A stretch of DNA of 64,000 bases, taken from positions 2,612 to 66,611 of the forward strand of contig CAJONJ010000039.1 in assembly GCA_905236005.1 (NCBI GenBank), read 5' to 3'. Positions 1 through 11,903 of this stretch are shown here, piece by piece. Origin of the DNA: an uncultured Alphaproteobacteria bacterium (GTDB lineage Bacteria > Pseudomonadota > Alphaproteobacteria > Rs-D84). The notes below the pieces were generated by a model. The model did not search any database and was not told where the DNA came from. It worked only from the letters and a program-made list of their open reading frames with translations. A program made the translations under genes and the position numbers. Position 1 is the first letter of the stretch, and every line of letters starts with the position of its first letter.

Positions 1-2160
<2,160 letters not shown>

Positions 2161-2348
2161 TTATTATTCCTTTCTTTTTGCTATGTAAAACATAGCAATT
2201 TATGATATAATAAGCAAGGAAAAAGGGTATTTTATCGGCAAAAAAACAAAAAAAATTTGGAGAGAGGTTTTTTATGGTTATATTCTGATAAAGCACACAA
2301 AAAACAGTGTAAAAACAGTATATTACACATAACAAAAAGGCAACAAAC

Positions 2349-2918
2349 ATGAAATTTAAATTATTATATTATGGCGATATTTTAACAAACCCAAAAAAAC
2401 GTGCTCAACACATAGCGGACATACGTATGCAATTTCATCCACAGCTAAAAAAACTGGTTACTTTGAAACCTTGGGATAATCTGAATAAATTTATGATGCC
2501 TGATGCAACCAAAAGCCCTGTGATAACCAGACATGTTGGTGGTATGGATTGGAATCCGATTATTACATCTAATTTAAAAATGATTGCAGAGCTGGACATT
2601 TTGTTAATGCACCCAGAAATTGTTGGTGTTCCACATTCAGATATAGATAATCGTGTAAAAACTATTCTGGACGGATTACGTTGTCCACAAAACGAACATG
2701 AAATCGGACAAAATACACCACGTGATATTGGTCCGATTTACACCTTGTTGGACGACGATCACCTGGTAACAAAATTAAGTGTTAACACCAGCCATTTATT
2801 GGCAAATGATATTTTCCCATGCAACATGCAAACAACACCAGATTCTATATTTATGTTGATTGATGTAAATGTTCGTGTGACCGAAGGCACACTGGAAAAC
2901 CTGCCATTTATGGTATAA
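2349..2918 (+). CDS. hypothetical protein, 189 aa
   Basis: Intact ORF followed by a strong bidirectional terminator. No recognisable motifs. Confidence 0.4.
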   Translation: MKFKLLYYGDILTNPKKRAQHIADIRMQFHPQLKKLVTLKPWDNLNKFMMPDATKSPVITRHVGGMDWNPIITSNLKMIAELDILLMHPEIVGVPHSDIDNRVKTILDGLRCPQNEHEIGQNTPRDIGPIYTLLDDDHLVTKLSVNTSHLLANDIFPCNMQTTPDSIFMLIDVNVRVTEGTLENLPFMV

Positions 2919-2932
2919 AAAAATTAAAAAAA

Positions 2933-2957
2933 GGCCGGCAAATGCCGGTCTTTTTTT
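2933..2957. terminator. bidirectional intrinsic terminator hairpin GGCCGGCAAATGCCGGTC flanked by A-run and T-run
   Basis: Perfect GC-rich stem-loop between convergent genes, with an A7 run upstream and a T7 run downstream. Confidence 0.65.
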
Positions 2958-2968
2958 GATTGTTTATT

Positions 2969-4039
2969 TTACATAATTGCAGATGTGATTTGTTCTTGCA
3001 TTTGAAATGTTCCAAACACAACCCACCCAATTATAACAGCGACTAAAATGATACCAATACTGTTTAACACATTAGCTATACTTTCCATTTTACGAACAGA
3101 TTCTTCCATATAATCACGTGCAATTTGATTTATATTTTTATCAAAATCGTTCATATCAGCATAAATTATTAAATCACCTATGATTTCTTCACTTGGAAAA
3201 TCTTTACCAGTTAACGCTAATGCATTACCTAAATTTTCACCGTTTGCAATATAATGTAACGTTTCTTCTAAAACAGCAGACAAATATCTGTTTGAATTAT
3301 CAGCCAATAAACGCATCGCATCTGGAACACTGACCCCAGCAGACACCATCGCAGCCAAAGACATCAACCAACTGACCGAAGACTGTAATTTATATGTACT
3401 CCATGGTGGCAATTTATCAAAAAACGTTCTGATTCTTCCTGTCCATATTGGCAATGACAACCAAATCAAAGCTATCAAAGCTACAAACACTGCACCAAAA
3501 ACAAACCAATATTTATTTGCAAACTCAGATGTCCAAACCAACGATGCCGCTGTTCCATGCCAAACAACTTCACTGCCCGCAGCCTCTGCCAAAGGTGGCA
3601 CCAAATACACTCCAACCATAACAACTATACCCACAGTCAAAACAAACAAAAACAAAGGATACGCAACAGCATTTAACATAGCACGTTTAATACGCCTGAT
3701 ACCACCAACAACACGACCAACGTTTTCCAAAGAAATCAACAAAGATGAAACATTACCAGACATTAACAACAAAGTTTCTTCATATGGAACCCAACCACGT
3801 GTTGCTTCTGCAAAAGTCATACCACGTTCCAAATTTTTTTGTATTTCACGCATAGCAATCGCAAATGGTTCGTTTGGTTTTTTACCATTTTTTGATTCTA
3901 TCATTTCAATTCTATTTAAGGCATCCATCAAAGTAAAATTGTTACGCAACAATGATGCAACCTTACGCGAAATAGCCATACGCTTGTCAGCATCTAATTT
4001 AAAAACTAATTTTGCATAAAGTATTTCTAACTTGTTCAT
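2969..4039 (-). CDS. GspF/PilC-family inner-membrane platform protein of a type IV filament/T2SS-like system
   Basis: 356 aa with three hydrophobic segments and two cytoplasmic helical domains. Its size resembles type IVb platforms of the BfpE/TcpE/PilR kind. It lies immediately downstream of a GspE-type ATPase. Confidence 0.65.
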   Translation of the reverse strand: MNKLEILYAKLVFKLDADKRMAISRKVASLLRNNFTLMDALNRIEMIESKNGKKPNEPFAIAMREIQKNLERGMTFAEATRGWVPYEETLLLMSGNVSSLLISLENVGRVVGGIRRIKRAMLNAVAYPLFLFVLTVGIVVMVGVYLVPPLAEAAGSEVVWHGTAASLVWTSEFANKYWFVFGAVFVALIALIWLSLPIWTGRIRTFFDKLPPWSTYKLQSSVSWLMSLAAMVSAGVSVPDAMRLLADNSNRYLSAVLEETLHYIANGENLGNALALTGKDFPSEEIIGDLIIYADMNDFDKNINQIARDYMEESVRKMESIANVLNSIGIILVAVIIGWVVFGTFQMQEQITSAIM

Positions 4040-4042
4040 ATT

Positions 4043-5674
4043 TTAATACACCCATGGTCTGTCCAACAATCCAACCCAACGTTCTAATTCATCAACTCCA
4101 ATAACACCACGCAACATCAATTCAGTAGCAGCCTCTTTTAATGTACGTCCGTTCATTTTTTCAAGCCAAAAACGCAATGCTGTTTCTGTTTCACCAGATA
4201 GAACCAAATTTAAAAATTCACTGTTAGTAATAATTATTTCACCAGCTTTGACACGACCAGCTGTTCCTGTTCCTTTGCAGTGTTCGCATCCTTGTCCACG
4301 AACATAAGTTTGTTGTAAACCTAAATCACCCAAAGCTTCCATAACACGATGATATGCAGGATGTGTTGGTTTATCAATCAGCCTTTCCCGACAATATGGA
4401 CAAAGCTTTTTAAACAACCGCATTGAAACCAAACCACGCAACATAGTTTCATCTTTTAATTTAAAAGCCTCTACCCCCATATCTAATAAACGAGTCAACG
4501 CACCCATCGCAGAATTAGCATGCAACGTTGTCCACACATTATGTCCAGACAAAGCACCCTTAACCGTCAATTGTGCTGCAGCCAAAGTTCGTATTTCTCC
4601 AACCATCAAAGTATCTGGGTCACTTCGCAAAGCCGCCGCTAATGCTTCTGTAAATTTTTCTTCACGTTGTTCTTCGTTTAATGCATTTACCACAGGCATC
4701 TGATGTGCACCGAATATTTTTTGTTCAGCTGGGTCTTCCACAGTAATCAAATTTATTTCATATCTGCGTTCTTTTAACATCAATGCCATATTACGAACTA
4801 ATGTTGTTGATTTTCCAGATGATGTTGGTCCAGCAACAACAACTAACCCTGTTGGTGCTGCACGTAAACGCAACAATAATTTTTGTTCATATTCATTAAA
4901 TTCCTGTTCTGTCTTTAATCCTTCACTGGGGTTATCATACAGCAAACGCATAACAACATATTGACTGCCAAAAGAAATCGGATTAAATTGCATTCTGATG
5001 CCTAACACCCCAGCTGGCAAAAATAAATCTTTGGTTCCACGTAACGGTGTCCGACCATCTTTTAACGCAGTTTGATATTCATTTTGTGCATAACTAGAAT
5101 TAGAAATATCAGCTGATGCAAACGCAGCACGTGTAAAAGATTCCCCCCATTGTGAATTATATTCCAACACAGGTTGCATGCTGCCATCTATACGAAAATA
5201 AATTGTTGTTTGATCTGCGACTTCTATATGAATATCAGATACCTTTTGAGCAGCCGCACGTGCAATAATATCTACAAAATCCTTTTGCATCTGATTATCA
5301 TAATCTTGATGCGAATGAATATATGTTCCCAGCCGTTCATCATTTGTTTTATATATATTAGAAATCAAACCTAAATCGGAATAAAATGGGCTTTTAACCA
5401 ATTTGCCATTTTGTTTCAACAAATCCAAAAAAGCCAACACACGTCCATCATACCTGTGTGTTCTAGAAATAATCAATTCCCCACCAGAAAAATATGCCAT
5501 CAAAGCTTGACTGTCTTTCGGCAAAGCTAATTCATCAGCAGATGCTGTTAACAAACGATTATTATTAGCAAACAAATAATCCAAAATATCTTTACTGTTG
5601 GCATTTTCCAACCCAGCCGGCACAGATGGATTTTTAGAATTACTGTTCAAATCTAATTTATCTGTATCAACCAT
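4043..5674 (-). CDS. GspE/PilB-family secretion ATPase
   Basis: Walker A motif GPTSSGKST, Asp box, His box (TLHANSAMG) and the tetracysteine motif CPYC...CEHC that is typical of GspE/PilB. Confidence 0.85.
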   Translation of the reverse strand: MVDTDKLDLNSNSKNPSVPAGLENANSKDILDYLFANNNRLLTASADELALPKDSQALMAYFSGGELIISRTHRYDGRVLAFLDLLKQNGKLVKSPFYSDLGLISNIYKTNDERLGTYIHSHQDYDNQMQKDFVDIIARAAAQKVSDIHIEVADQTTIYFRIDGSMQPVLEYNSQWGESFTRAAFASADISNSSYAQNEYQTALKDGRTPLRGTKDLFLPAGVLGIRMQFNPISFGSQYVVMRLLYDNPSEGLKTEQEFNEYEQKLLLRLRAAPTGLVVVAGPTSSGKSTTLVRNMALMLKERRYEINLITVEDPAEQKIFGAHQMPVVNALNEEQREEKFTEALAAALRSDPDTLMVGEIRTLAAAQLTVKGALSGHNVWTTLHANSAMGALTRLLDMGVEAFKLKDETMLRGLVSMRLFKKLCPYCRERLIDKPTHPAYHRVMEALGDLGLQQTYVRGQGCEHCKGTGTAGRVKAGEIIITNSEFLNLVLSGETETALRFWLEKMNGRTLKEAATELMLRGVIGVDELERWVGLLDRPWVY

Positions 5675-5675
5675 A

Positions 5676-6374
5676 TTATTTCCCGATATTTAAATTTTCA
5701 GAAACACCGTCTTTTTCAAAAATAATTCCTTCGTTTAAAGATATAGATTTCACTCTGTATCCATCTAATTCTTTACCTACTGAAATTCTTTTAGTTTGCC
5801 CAGAAGAAATATTTTCTACGGTTGCCTGCAATTGATTACCAATACCAGCAATATTTATCAATTTATATCTAGATGCTAGATTTCCTGATTCTTGTTTTTG
5901 TTGTCCAGATTTTTTTTCAACAGATTGTTTTTCTATAGAATCTTCTAAACTTTCTTTTTGTCTTTTTAAACTTTCAGCTTGTGCTTCTAATTCTTGCTGT
6001 TGATGTTCTGCACGACCAGACAAAGTATCTAATTCCATTTGTAATTTTAATTTTTCAGCATTTAATCTTTCCAGCTCTAAATCTAATTGTGCACGTTCTT
6101 TTTCCAGTTGCAAAACTACTTTGTCTTGTTCCAACAAAGTTATCTTTTCAAACAAAGAACCAGACATATCATATTCATCCAAAGCAGCTACAGAAACCCT
6201 GTCTGCAAAATCATCATCAGCAACTTCATTTACTGTCGCAATTTCTTGTGTTTGTATAACCTCTGGTTGTGATAATTCTTCTGATTCATCAGCAAACTCA
6301 TATTCATCTGCATTTGCACAAACCCCAGAAATCACCAACATACAACATAAAAATATTTTTAATTTTTTTAACAT
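5676..6374 (-). CDS. periplasmic coiled-coil protein with PilP-like C-terminal beta domain
   Basis: N-terminal signal peptide MLKKLKIFLCCMLVISGVCA, a long heptad-rich E/Q/L coiled coil, and a C-terminal YKLINIAGIG...VGKELDGYRV...IIFEKDG segment that resembles PilP/GspC secretin-interacting domains. Confidence 0.35.
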   Translation of the reverse strand: MLKKLKIFLCCMLVISGVCANADEYEFADESEELSQPEVIQTQEIATVNEVADDDFADRVSVAALDEYDMSGSLFEKITLLEQDKVVLQLEKERAQLDLELERLNAEKLKLQMELDTLSGRAEHQQQELEAQAESLKRQKESLEDSIEKQSVEKKSGQQKQESGNLASRYKLINIAGIGNQLQATVENISSGQTKRISVGKELDGYRVKSISLNEGIIFEKDGVSENLNIGK

Positions 6375-6384
6375 ATTTTCACCT

Positions 6385-7662
6385 TTATTTTGTATAAATA
6401 ATTACTTCGTATTGCCACATACGTGTAACAGCATTCCACGCAACAGATGTCATATACACACCATCAAAATCATTAAATATATGCATAAATTCTGTTGGTA
6501 TTAATTTAGACGCAGCAGAAATTTCAACGATATTCACACTTTCTGTATCTACACCATTTGTCACAGTATCTGTTACAGGATTTATATCTGCACGTATATT
6601 TATCTGTTGAAAATTCGTAGTAATATCACGCACGGCACTGGCTATATCACGTTCATCCAATGATGCATACGTTTTTAATTGTGGTAATCTAACACGAACC
6701 ATAACTTCGTTTTCAGACAATTGCTGAACCATTGCACCAGGCATTAATTCTGCACCATTAAGATAAAATTCATTTATTGTTCCAAAATTACGTGCAAATG
6801 TAACAGACACAAAATCTTCACCACATTTTGCATAGGTTTGATTCCACCCGGGAATTGGCTGCATAACAAACGCAATAGCTTTATAGCATAATTTGGCACG
6901 TTCCATAACATTTGGTAAATAATCGTATGGAAATTCGATTGGTGTAACTTCTTGTTTTGCTATATCTAATTGTTTTGCTAATTCTTGTTTTTTTAATTCA
7001 ATATTACGTTTATATTCTGCAACTAATTCAGGATTAGTCTGCACAGGTGATGATGAAAAAAATACACGTCTTATTTTATCACGAAACAAAACCCCACCAA
7101 CCAACAGAACCAAAACAAAAAATATAATCGTTGGCCAAATAGAATTAAAAACATTTATTGGATGCAGTCTGGCAGAAACAGAAGGACGTATTAATTCAGA
7201 AATAAATTTTTCCTGTGCCTTAGGCATTCCCCACGATGCAGGCGCAAACAAACCACCCCAATCAGGAATATTTGATAATTCTGTATATAATTTACGTGCT
7301 TGTTCTGCTGTTTCAATTAAAACATCACGAATTATTACACCATTACGCACAGCCACCAGATAAAAATAATTATTTACCTGAAAAACTCCTAAAAAAGACA
7401 CAAATTCAGACAAAGAATCAACAATTTCAGCTGCCGCACTTGGTAAACCAACATAAACCCCTGTGTTTTTATCACCCAAACCAACCATGGATTTATAATC
7501 TACAAATAATGTATATTTTTTATCTATATTTTTAGATAATTGCTTTGCATAATTTAACGCAGTATTACCAACACTGACAGGCTGCCAAAACAAGCCCGTT
7601 GCAAATTTTTTACGATGAACTGTTATTATTTGCTTTATCAATTCTCTCTCTGTTATACACAC
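6385..7662 (-). CDS. bitopic inner-membrane protein with GspL/PilO-like topology
   Basis: 425 aa. A cytoplasmic N-domain of about 180 aa is followed by a single TM (IWPTIIFFVLVLLVGGVLF) and a periplasmic C-domain of about 220 aa. Its position upstream of the ATPase and platform matches GspL or R64 PilO. Confidence 0.3.
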   Translation of the reverse strand: MCITERELIKQIITVHRKKFATGLFWQPVSVGNTALNYAKQLSKNIDKKYTLFVDYKSMVGLGDKNTGVYVGLPSAAAEIVDSLSEFVSFLGVFQVNNYFYLVAVRNGVIIRDVLIETAEQARKLYTELSNIPDWGGLFAPASWGMPKAQEKFISELIRPSVSARLHPINVFNSIWPTIIFFVLVLLVGGVLFRDKIRRVFFSSSPVQTNPELVAEYKRNIELKKQELAKQLDIAKQEVTPIEFPYDYLPNVMERAKLCYKAIAFVMQPIPGWNQTYAKCGEDFVSVTFARNFGTINEFYLNGAELMPGAMVQQLSENEVMVRVRLPQLKTYASLDERDIASAVRDITTNFQQINIRADINPVTDTVTNGVDTESVNIVEISAASKLIPTEFMHIFNDFDGVYMTSVAWNAVTRMWQYEVIIYTK

Positions 7663-7733
7663 ATTATAAACAAACGAACCAAAAAAATAAAGCCATATTT
7701 TATAATAAAAAGTCGTTAAAAAACGACTTTTTA

Positions 7734-8045
7734 TTATTTGTTACAATTATAAACTTTAACCTTTAATGTATACGTTTGTTTTGGTCCAAATATTGCACCA
7801 ACATTATCAGCAATTGATTCATTGACTATATAATAAGAATCACCACGTTTTTGTTGATTTAATATTTTTTGTTCCAAATAATTATACACATCTTCTTTGG
7901 TATAGTTTGTTATATCAGATGTCATAGTATATAAATACGTACAATCTTTTGGTTCTTGATATAATCTATTCAAACCTGTTCCTGCAGTTATTGTTTCAGC
8001 ACATGCGACCAATACCCCACATAAACAAATTATGCTTTTTTTCAT
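7734..8045 (-). CDS. small lipoprotein, 103 aa
   Basis: Signal peptide with lipobox LVAC. Its start overlaps the lpxC stop codon (ATGA). Confidence 0.4.
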   Translation of the reverse strand: MKKSIICLCGVLVACAETITAGTGLNRLYQEPKDCTYLYTMTSDITNYTKEDVYNYLEQKILNQQKRGDSYYIVNESIADNVGAIFGPKQTYTLKVKVYNCNK

Positions 8046-8986
8046 TTTTTCTCTCCTTTTGGTTCAACTATTTCATAGTTAGATTTATCACTAAATAATT
8101 TACGTAAAATTAAATTATTCAATGCATGTGAACCCTTATAAGATTGCACCCAACCACACAAAAAACCGCCTGATGTAAACATATCACCCAGTATATCTAT
8201 ACATTTATGACGAACAAATTCATCTGGATAATACAATTTATTCATAGTGGCATCCCATCTTGAATTCACAGCAATAACATTATGCAAATTACAACCTAGA
8301 CCCATACCATGACGTTTACAATATTCCCATTCAGAATATCCACCAAACGATCTAGATTTTGCAATATTATCAATAAAATCTTTTACAGATGCTTTTGAAC
8401 CATCAAAAGTATAAGAATACGACTGGGTTCCAATAATTTTATTATTATAATCTAAAATAGCATCTATTAACATCCCGTTATCATATGGTGCAATCCTAAT
8501 AAAGCCGTCAGTAGTCATTCTGCCACTAAAAATTTTTGCCTTAACACGTTGCCAAAACGGTAATGTTTTAATTAAATCTTTACTTTTTACTTCTACTGTT
8601 TTTTTAACAACTATTTTTTTCATTTTAGTCTTGTCAGAAACATATTTTTCTAATACTTTATATAACTCAAACGCACTTCCGTCCAAAAATGGTACTTCTG
8701 GTCCATCTATTTCAATAATTGCACTGTCTATACCCAACAAAAATAATACAGCCATTAAATGTTCAATTGTTCTGACATTTGCACCATTTTTTTTACCAAT
8801 TTGCGTACTGCGAAGCATTGTATCACATACATTATCAAACGTTGCAGGTATTAAATCAGAACCCTTGATATCTGTTCTTTTAAAGAAAATTCCTGTTTTT
8901 TTTGATGGCATCACAACCATATTCACAGGCAACCCCATATGCATACCAATACCAGATATCTTAACATTTTTTGTCACAGTAGTCAT
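8042..8986 (-). CDS. lpxC: UDP-3-O-acyl-N-acetylglucosamine deacetylase
   Basis: Conserved LpxC blocks including HxxE/GHALNN-like KGSHALNN and the zinc-binding His/Asp positions. 314 aa. Confidence 0.9.
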   Translation of the reverse strand: MTTVTKNVKISGIGMHMGLPVNMVVMPSKKTGIFFKRTDIKGSDLIPATFDNVCDTMLRSTQIGKKNGANVRTIEHLMAVLFLLGIDSAIIEIDGPEVPFLDGSAFELYKVLEKYVSDKTKMKKIVVKKTVEVKSKDLIKTLPFWQRVKAKIFSGRMTTDGFIRIAPYDNGMLIDAILDYNNKIIGTQSYSYTFDGSKASVKDFIDNIAKSRSFGGYSEWEYCKRHGMGLGCNLHNVIAVNSRWDATMNKLYYPDEFVRHKCIDILGDMFTSGGFLCGWVQSYKGSHALNNLILRKLFSDKSNYEIVEPKGEKK

Positions 8987-9891
8987 TTGTTTACTCCTTT
9001 ATATAGCCAATCATAAAAATTATTTTCTATTTCGGTGTTTAATTTTGCAAATCTAATTTCTTGTTTTGCCCAATCAGGTAACCTGACCCAATCTTTTTCC
9101 GTGGTTAATAATTTTGCATTTTTACTTTTTGCAACTGCAATTAAATCTTTAATATCTTTTTCAGTATATTGATAATGGTCTGGATACACACGTGTTTCAA
9201 TCAATTTACATGTAATACTGTTAAAGAATTTTTTTGGATAACCAATACCAGCAAACGCAATAACTGACGTTTTATTATCATATGGCGATACAGTTTGATT
9301 ATGTGCATAAAACACTGGTATATTTGTAGGCAACGCAAAATCAGGTGCAACATCTTTGTTTTTTATCACAATTATTGCATCTGCCCTGTGTATAGCAGAT
9401 TTAGGTTCACGCATTGGGCCAGCAGGTAACAAAAACCCATTTCCAAAACCAATACTTTCATCAAAAACCAACACTGAAATATCTTTTTTAATTGATGAAT
9501 TTTGGAAACCATCATCCATAATAATTGGTGTATTAGACTTTTGTTTATTTAACAAAATCAAATTACTTTTTCTGTCACCAACATGCACTAAAATACCGTC
9601 CCCAGACAACATCTTAGCTTCGTCCCCTATACCCTCAGTTTTTTTAGATTTCTTATACCCACGCATAACCACAGGTGCATCAAAATATTTTGCAACATTT
9701 CTGACTATTGGTGTTTTACCAACACCACCTGCCAGTATATTACCAAAACAAATAACAGGTCTTTTGGATACATATTCATGTTTTTTACGTAAATTAAAAA
9801 CAACACGTGACCCAATCCAATAAAACAAAGACAATGGCCACAAAACACATGCAATTATATTTCTTTTTAAAAACCATTTTGGTGTTTTCAT
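8983..9891 (-). CDS. lpxK: tetraacyldisaccharide 4'-kinase
   Basis: P-loop GNILAGGVGKTP and LpxK length/architecture. Its stop overlaps the lpxC start. Confidence 0.8.
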   Translation of the reverse strand: MKTPKWFLKRNIIACVLWPLSLFYWIGSRVVFNLRKKHEYVSKRPVICFGNILAGGVGKTPIVRNVAKYFDAPVVMRGYKKSKKTEGIGDEAKMLSGDGILVHVGDRKSNLILLNKQKSNTPIIMDDGFQNSSIKKDISVLVFDESIGFGNGFLLPAGPMREPKSAIHRADAIIVIKNKDVAPDFALPTNIPVFYAHNQTVSPYDNKTSVIAFAGIGYPKKFFNSITCKLIETRVYPDHYQYTEKDIKDLIAVAKSKNAKLLTTEKDWVRLPDWAKQEIRFAKLNTEIENNFYDWLYKGVNK

Positions 9892-10646
9892 AGCATTTTC
9901 GCTTTTTCTTTAAAATTATCTGGTGTCAAATCTTGTTCTACTTTAAAATCAGTAAAAATTTTATCCAAATCGTATGCTTGTTGCACCATGATATCTTCCA
10001 GATTTTTTCTTATATATTCAAAATCCGATATTTCTGTTTTTTTATCTATATAAATCGGCTGTCCAACAATTCCTTTGATAATTGAAAAAGGTCTAGTTAA
10101 CAAATATCTATCCCAACGATTTTGAAACCAAGGTCTGCTGCATGACACACAAACTGGAATAATTGGTGCACCTGTCATTTTCGCAAAATACAAAGCCCCA
10201 TCATGAAACCGCATAGATGGTCCATTTGGGCCATCTGGTGACAAAGCCAAACACTTTGTTCCCTGGGATAATACCTTTACCCCTTTTCTAAGAACAGACA
10301 CACCACCACCAAAAGAAGAACCGAACATAGCCTTTAAACCAAATAATCTTTCCAGTTTTGCAATGGCACGACCATCTTTGCGTGGGTCAGCAACAGCATA
10401 ACCACGAACACCAGCCATAGCAATCAAAGGCGACAACATCATAGTCCGTCCATGCCAAAACACAAAAATAGCAGGCTTTTTGCTAAATTTCTTTAAAATA
10501 CTGTAACCCTTTATATCTTTACGTGAAGTAAAATAAACAAACCAGATTAAAATACAGTAAATACAAGCAATTGGCCATTGCACAATTGCCCAACCAGAAA
10601 CATTATTCAAAAAACGTCTAAATCTTTTTTTTAAAGATTTTTGCAT
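9888..10646 (-). CDS. DUF374/lysophospholipid-acyltransferase-like protein commonly encoded beside kdtA/lpxK
   Basis: FWHGR and SPDGPNGP motifs. Overlaps the lpxK start. Confidence 0.5.
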   Translation of the reverse strand: MQKSLKKRFRRFLNNVSGWAIVQWPIACIYCILIWFVYFTSRKDIKGYSILKKFSKKPAIFVFWHGRTMMLSPLIAMAGVRGYAVADPRKDGRAIAKLERLFGLKAMFGSSFGGGVSVLRKGVKVLSQGTKCLALSPDGPNGPSMRFHDGALYFAKMTGAPIIPVCVSCSRPWFQNRWDRYLLTRPFSIIKGIVGQPIYIDKKTEISDFEYIRKNLEDIMVQQAYDLDKIFTDFKVEQDLTPDNFKEKAKML

Positions 10647-10741
10647 AATTTAACCCTGTGTTGAACAAATTCTAGCAACAAAAAATGAACAATGCAAGCC
10701 AAGCAAACACACATAAAAAATAAGAATTAAATACTTTTTAT

Positions 10742-10769
10742 TTGACACAGAGGTTTAAAGCTATATAAT
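10742..10769 (+). promoter_or_regulatory. sigma70-type promoter TTGACA-N16-TATAAT driving tRNA-fMet
   Basis: Consensus -35 TTGACA at 10742-10747 and TATAAT at 10764-10769, with a 16-nt spacer, about 14 nt upstream of the tRNA 5' end. Confidence 0.5.
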
Positions 10770-10783
10770 ACAGATTACTTTAT

Positions 10784-10860
<77 letters not shown>

Positions 10861-10871
10861 GAGCTTCAAAA

Positions 10872-10903
10872 CTTGCCCATCGGGGCAAGTTTTTGTTTGT
10901 TTT
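10872..10903 (+). terminator. intrinsic terminator after tRNA-fMet
   Basis: CTTGCCC-ATCG-GGGCAAG hairpin followed by TTTTTGTTTGTTTT. Confidence 0.65.
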
Positions 10904-10919
10904 CCAATATCTACAAAAA

Positions 10920-10969
10920 GTTCGAAAGTTGTCTTTTTGAAAAAGGCTATTTTTCTACTACTTTTGAAC
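10920..10969. repeat. about 50-nt dispersed repeat with 9-bp imperfect terminal inverted repeats (GTTCGAAAG...CTTTTGAAC), copy 1
   Basis: Aligns with the copies at 11854-11903 and 13222-13270. All three share GTTCGAAAGT, a central TTTnAAAAAnGC block and a terminal CTTTTGAAC. Confidence 0.5.
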
Positions 10970-11683
10970 CATAGAATTTTGTTTTTGTTGTAAAAGTATA
11001 TAATCTTTCATCATTTTTTGCACTGCACCCGGTAAATCTGTTTTAATTGCTTCTGGTGTTATATACTTATCAACAAACGGATTTATAAACTTTTCTTGAA
11101 TATGTATACCAAAAAATTTTATACCAATTAAGTCAACAATCCGTTCTTTGAAATTTTGTGGAACATTATATTTTTCAATTATTGGTTTTTCTATTAAAAT
11201 ATGAATAACTTCATGCAACATAGTATTCAATATCTTTTCTTGATTATCTGGATACCGTGACATACGAAATACAATTTTTGCTTTTTTATCAGATGCAAAA
11301 TACGAAGCACCATTACCATATGCACATAATATTTCTAATTCATTTGGCATTGTCGTGTTCCACGATTTTAACAAAGGAACCAAAAACTTACTTATTCCAC
11401 GTTCCATCATCGGTATAACATAAGATTTCATAATTGAATCGTATTTTGTTAAATCATTAACGTTATAAATTTCTTGTTTGAAAAATTTACTATATTTTGC
11501 TATGTCTTTGTCAGTAAGAGTTTCTTTTTCAAACATTTCTTTGACTATTGGATTCTCGGGATTTGGAACAAAATTATTCATTGTATATCCAAAATGTTTT
11601 AAATTGGTATGAAACTCATGATGCTCTTCTAAAATAAATTGCCACATTTCTTTTTGGGTCATCGGTCTTATTGTTATTTGCAT
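10958..11683 (-). CDS. hypothetical protein with HEXXH motif (putative zinc metallopeptidase-like), 241 aa
   Basis: Intact ORF containing MLHEVIHILIE. Lies inside the tRNA-flanked islet. Confidence 0.4.
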   Translation of the reverse strand: MQITIRPMTQKEMWQFILEEHHEFHTNLKHFGYTMNNFVPNPENPIVKEMFEKETLTDKDIAKYSKFFKQEIYNVNDLTKYDSIMKSYVIPMMERGISKFLVPLLKSWNTTMPNELEILCAYGNGASYFASDKKAKIVFRMSRYPDNQEKILNTMLHEVIHILIEKPIIEKYNVPQNFKERIVDLIGIKFFGIHIQEKFINPFVDKYITPEAIKTDLPGAVQKMMKDYILLQQKQNSMVQK

Positions 11684-11762
11684 ATTAAATCCTTTTTATA
11701 CTGATAATTATATCATAAACTTGTTTTTAAAATCTATTATTTCCTGTCTAACATCCAACAAC

Positions 11763-11828
11763 TCGACTCGAGAACTGCACACACTGCACAACCAGAATTT
11801 ACAAAACCGTCCATAAGGGCGGTTTTTT
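11763..11828 (+). ncRNA. candidate small RNA or repeat unit (TCGACTCGAGAACTGCACAC...) ending in an intrinsic terminator, copy A
   Basis: About 40 nt are conserved with copy B at 13004-13072 (CTCGAGAACTGCACACnnnGCACAACCAgAATTTAACAAAA). Each copy is followed by its own hairpin plus T-run. No ORF. Confidence 0.25.
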
Positions 11829-11853
11829 ATTGGATTCTTAATACCTTCACAGA

Positions 11854-11903
11854 GTTCGAAAGTATAAGTTTCAAAAATGCACGTTTTTGTTCAACTTTTG
11901 AAC
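11854..11903. repeat. GTTCGAAAGT...CTTTTGAAC repeat, copy 2, overlapping the start of the transporter gene
   Basis: See copy 1. The ATG at 11877 lies inside the element. Confidence 0.5.
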
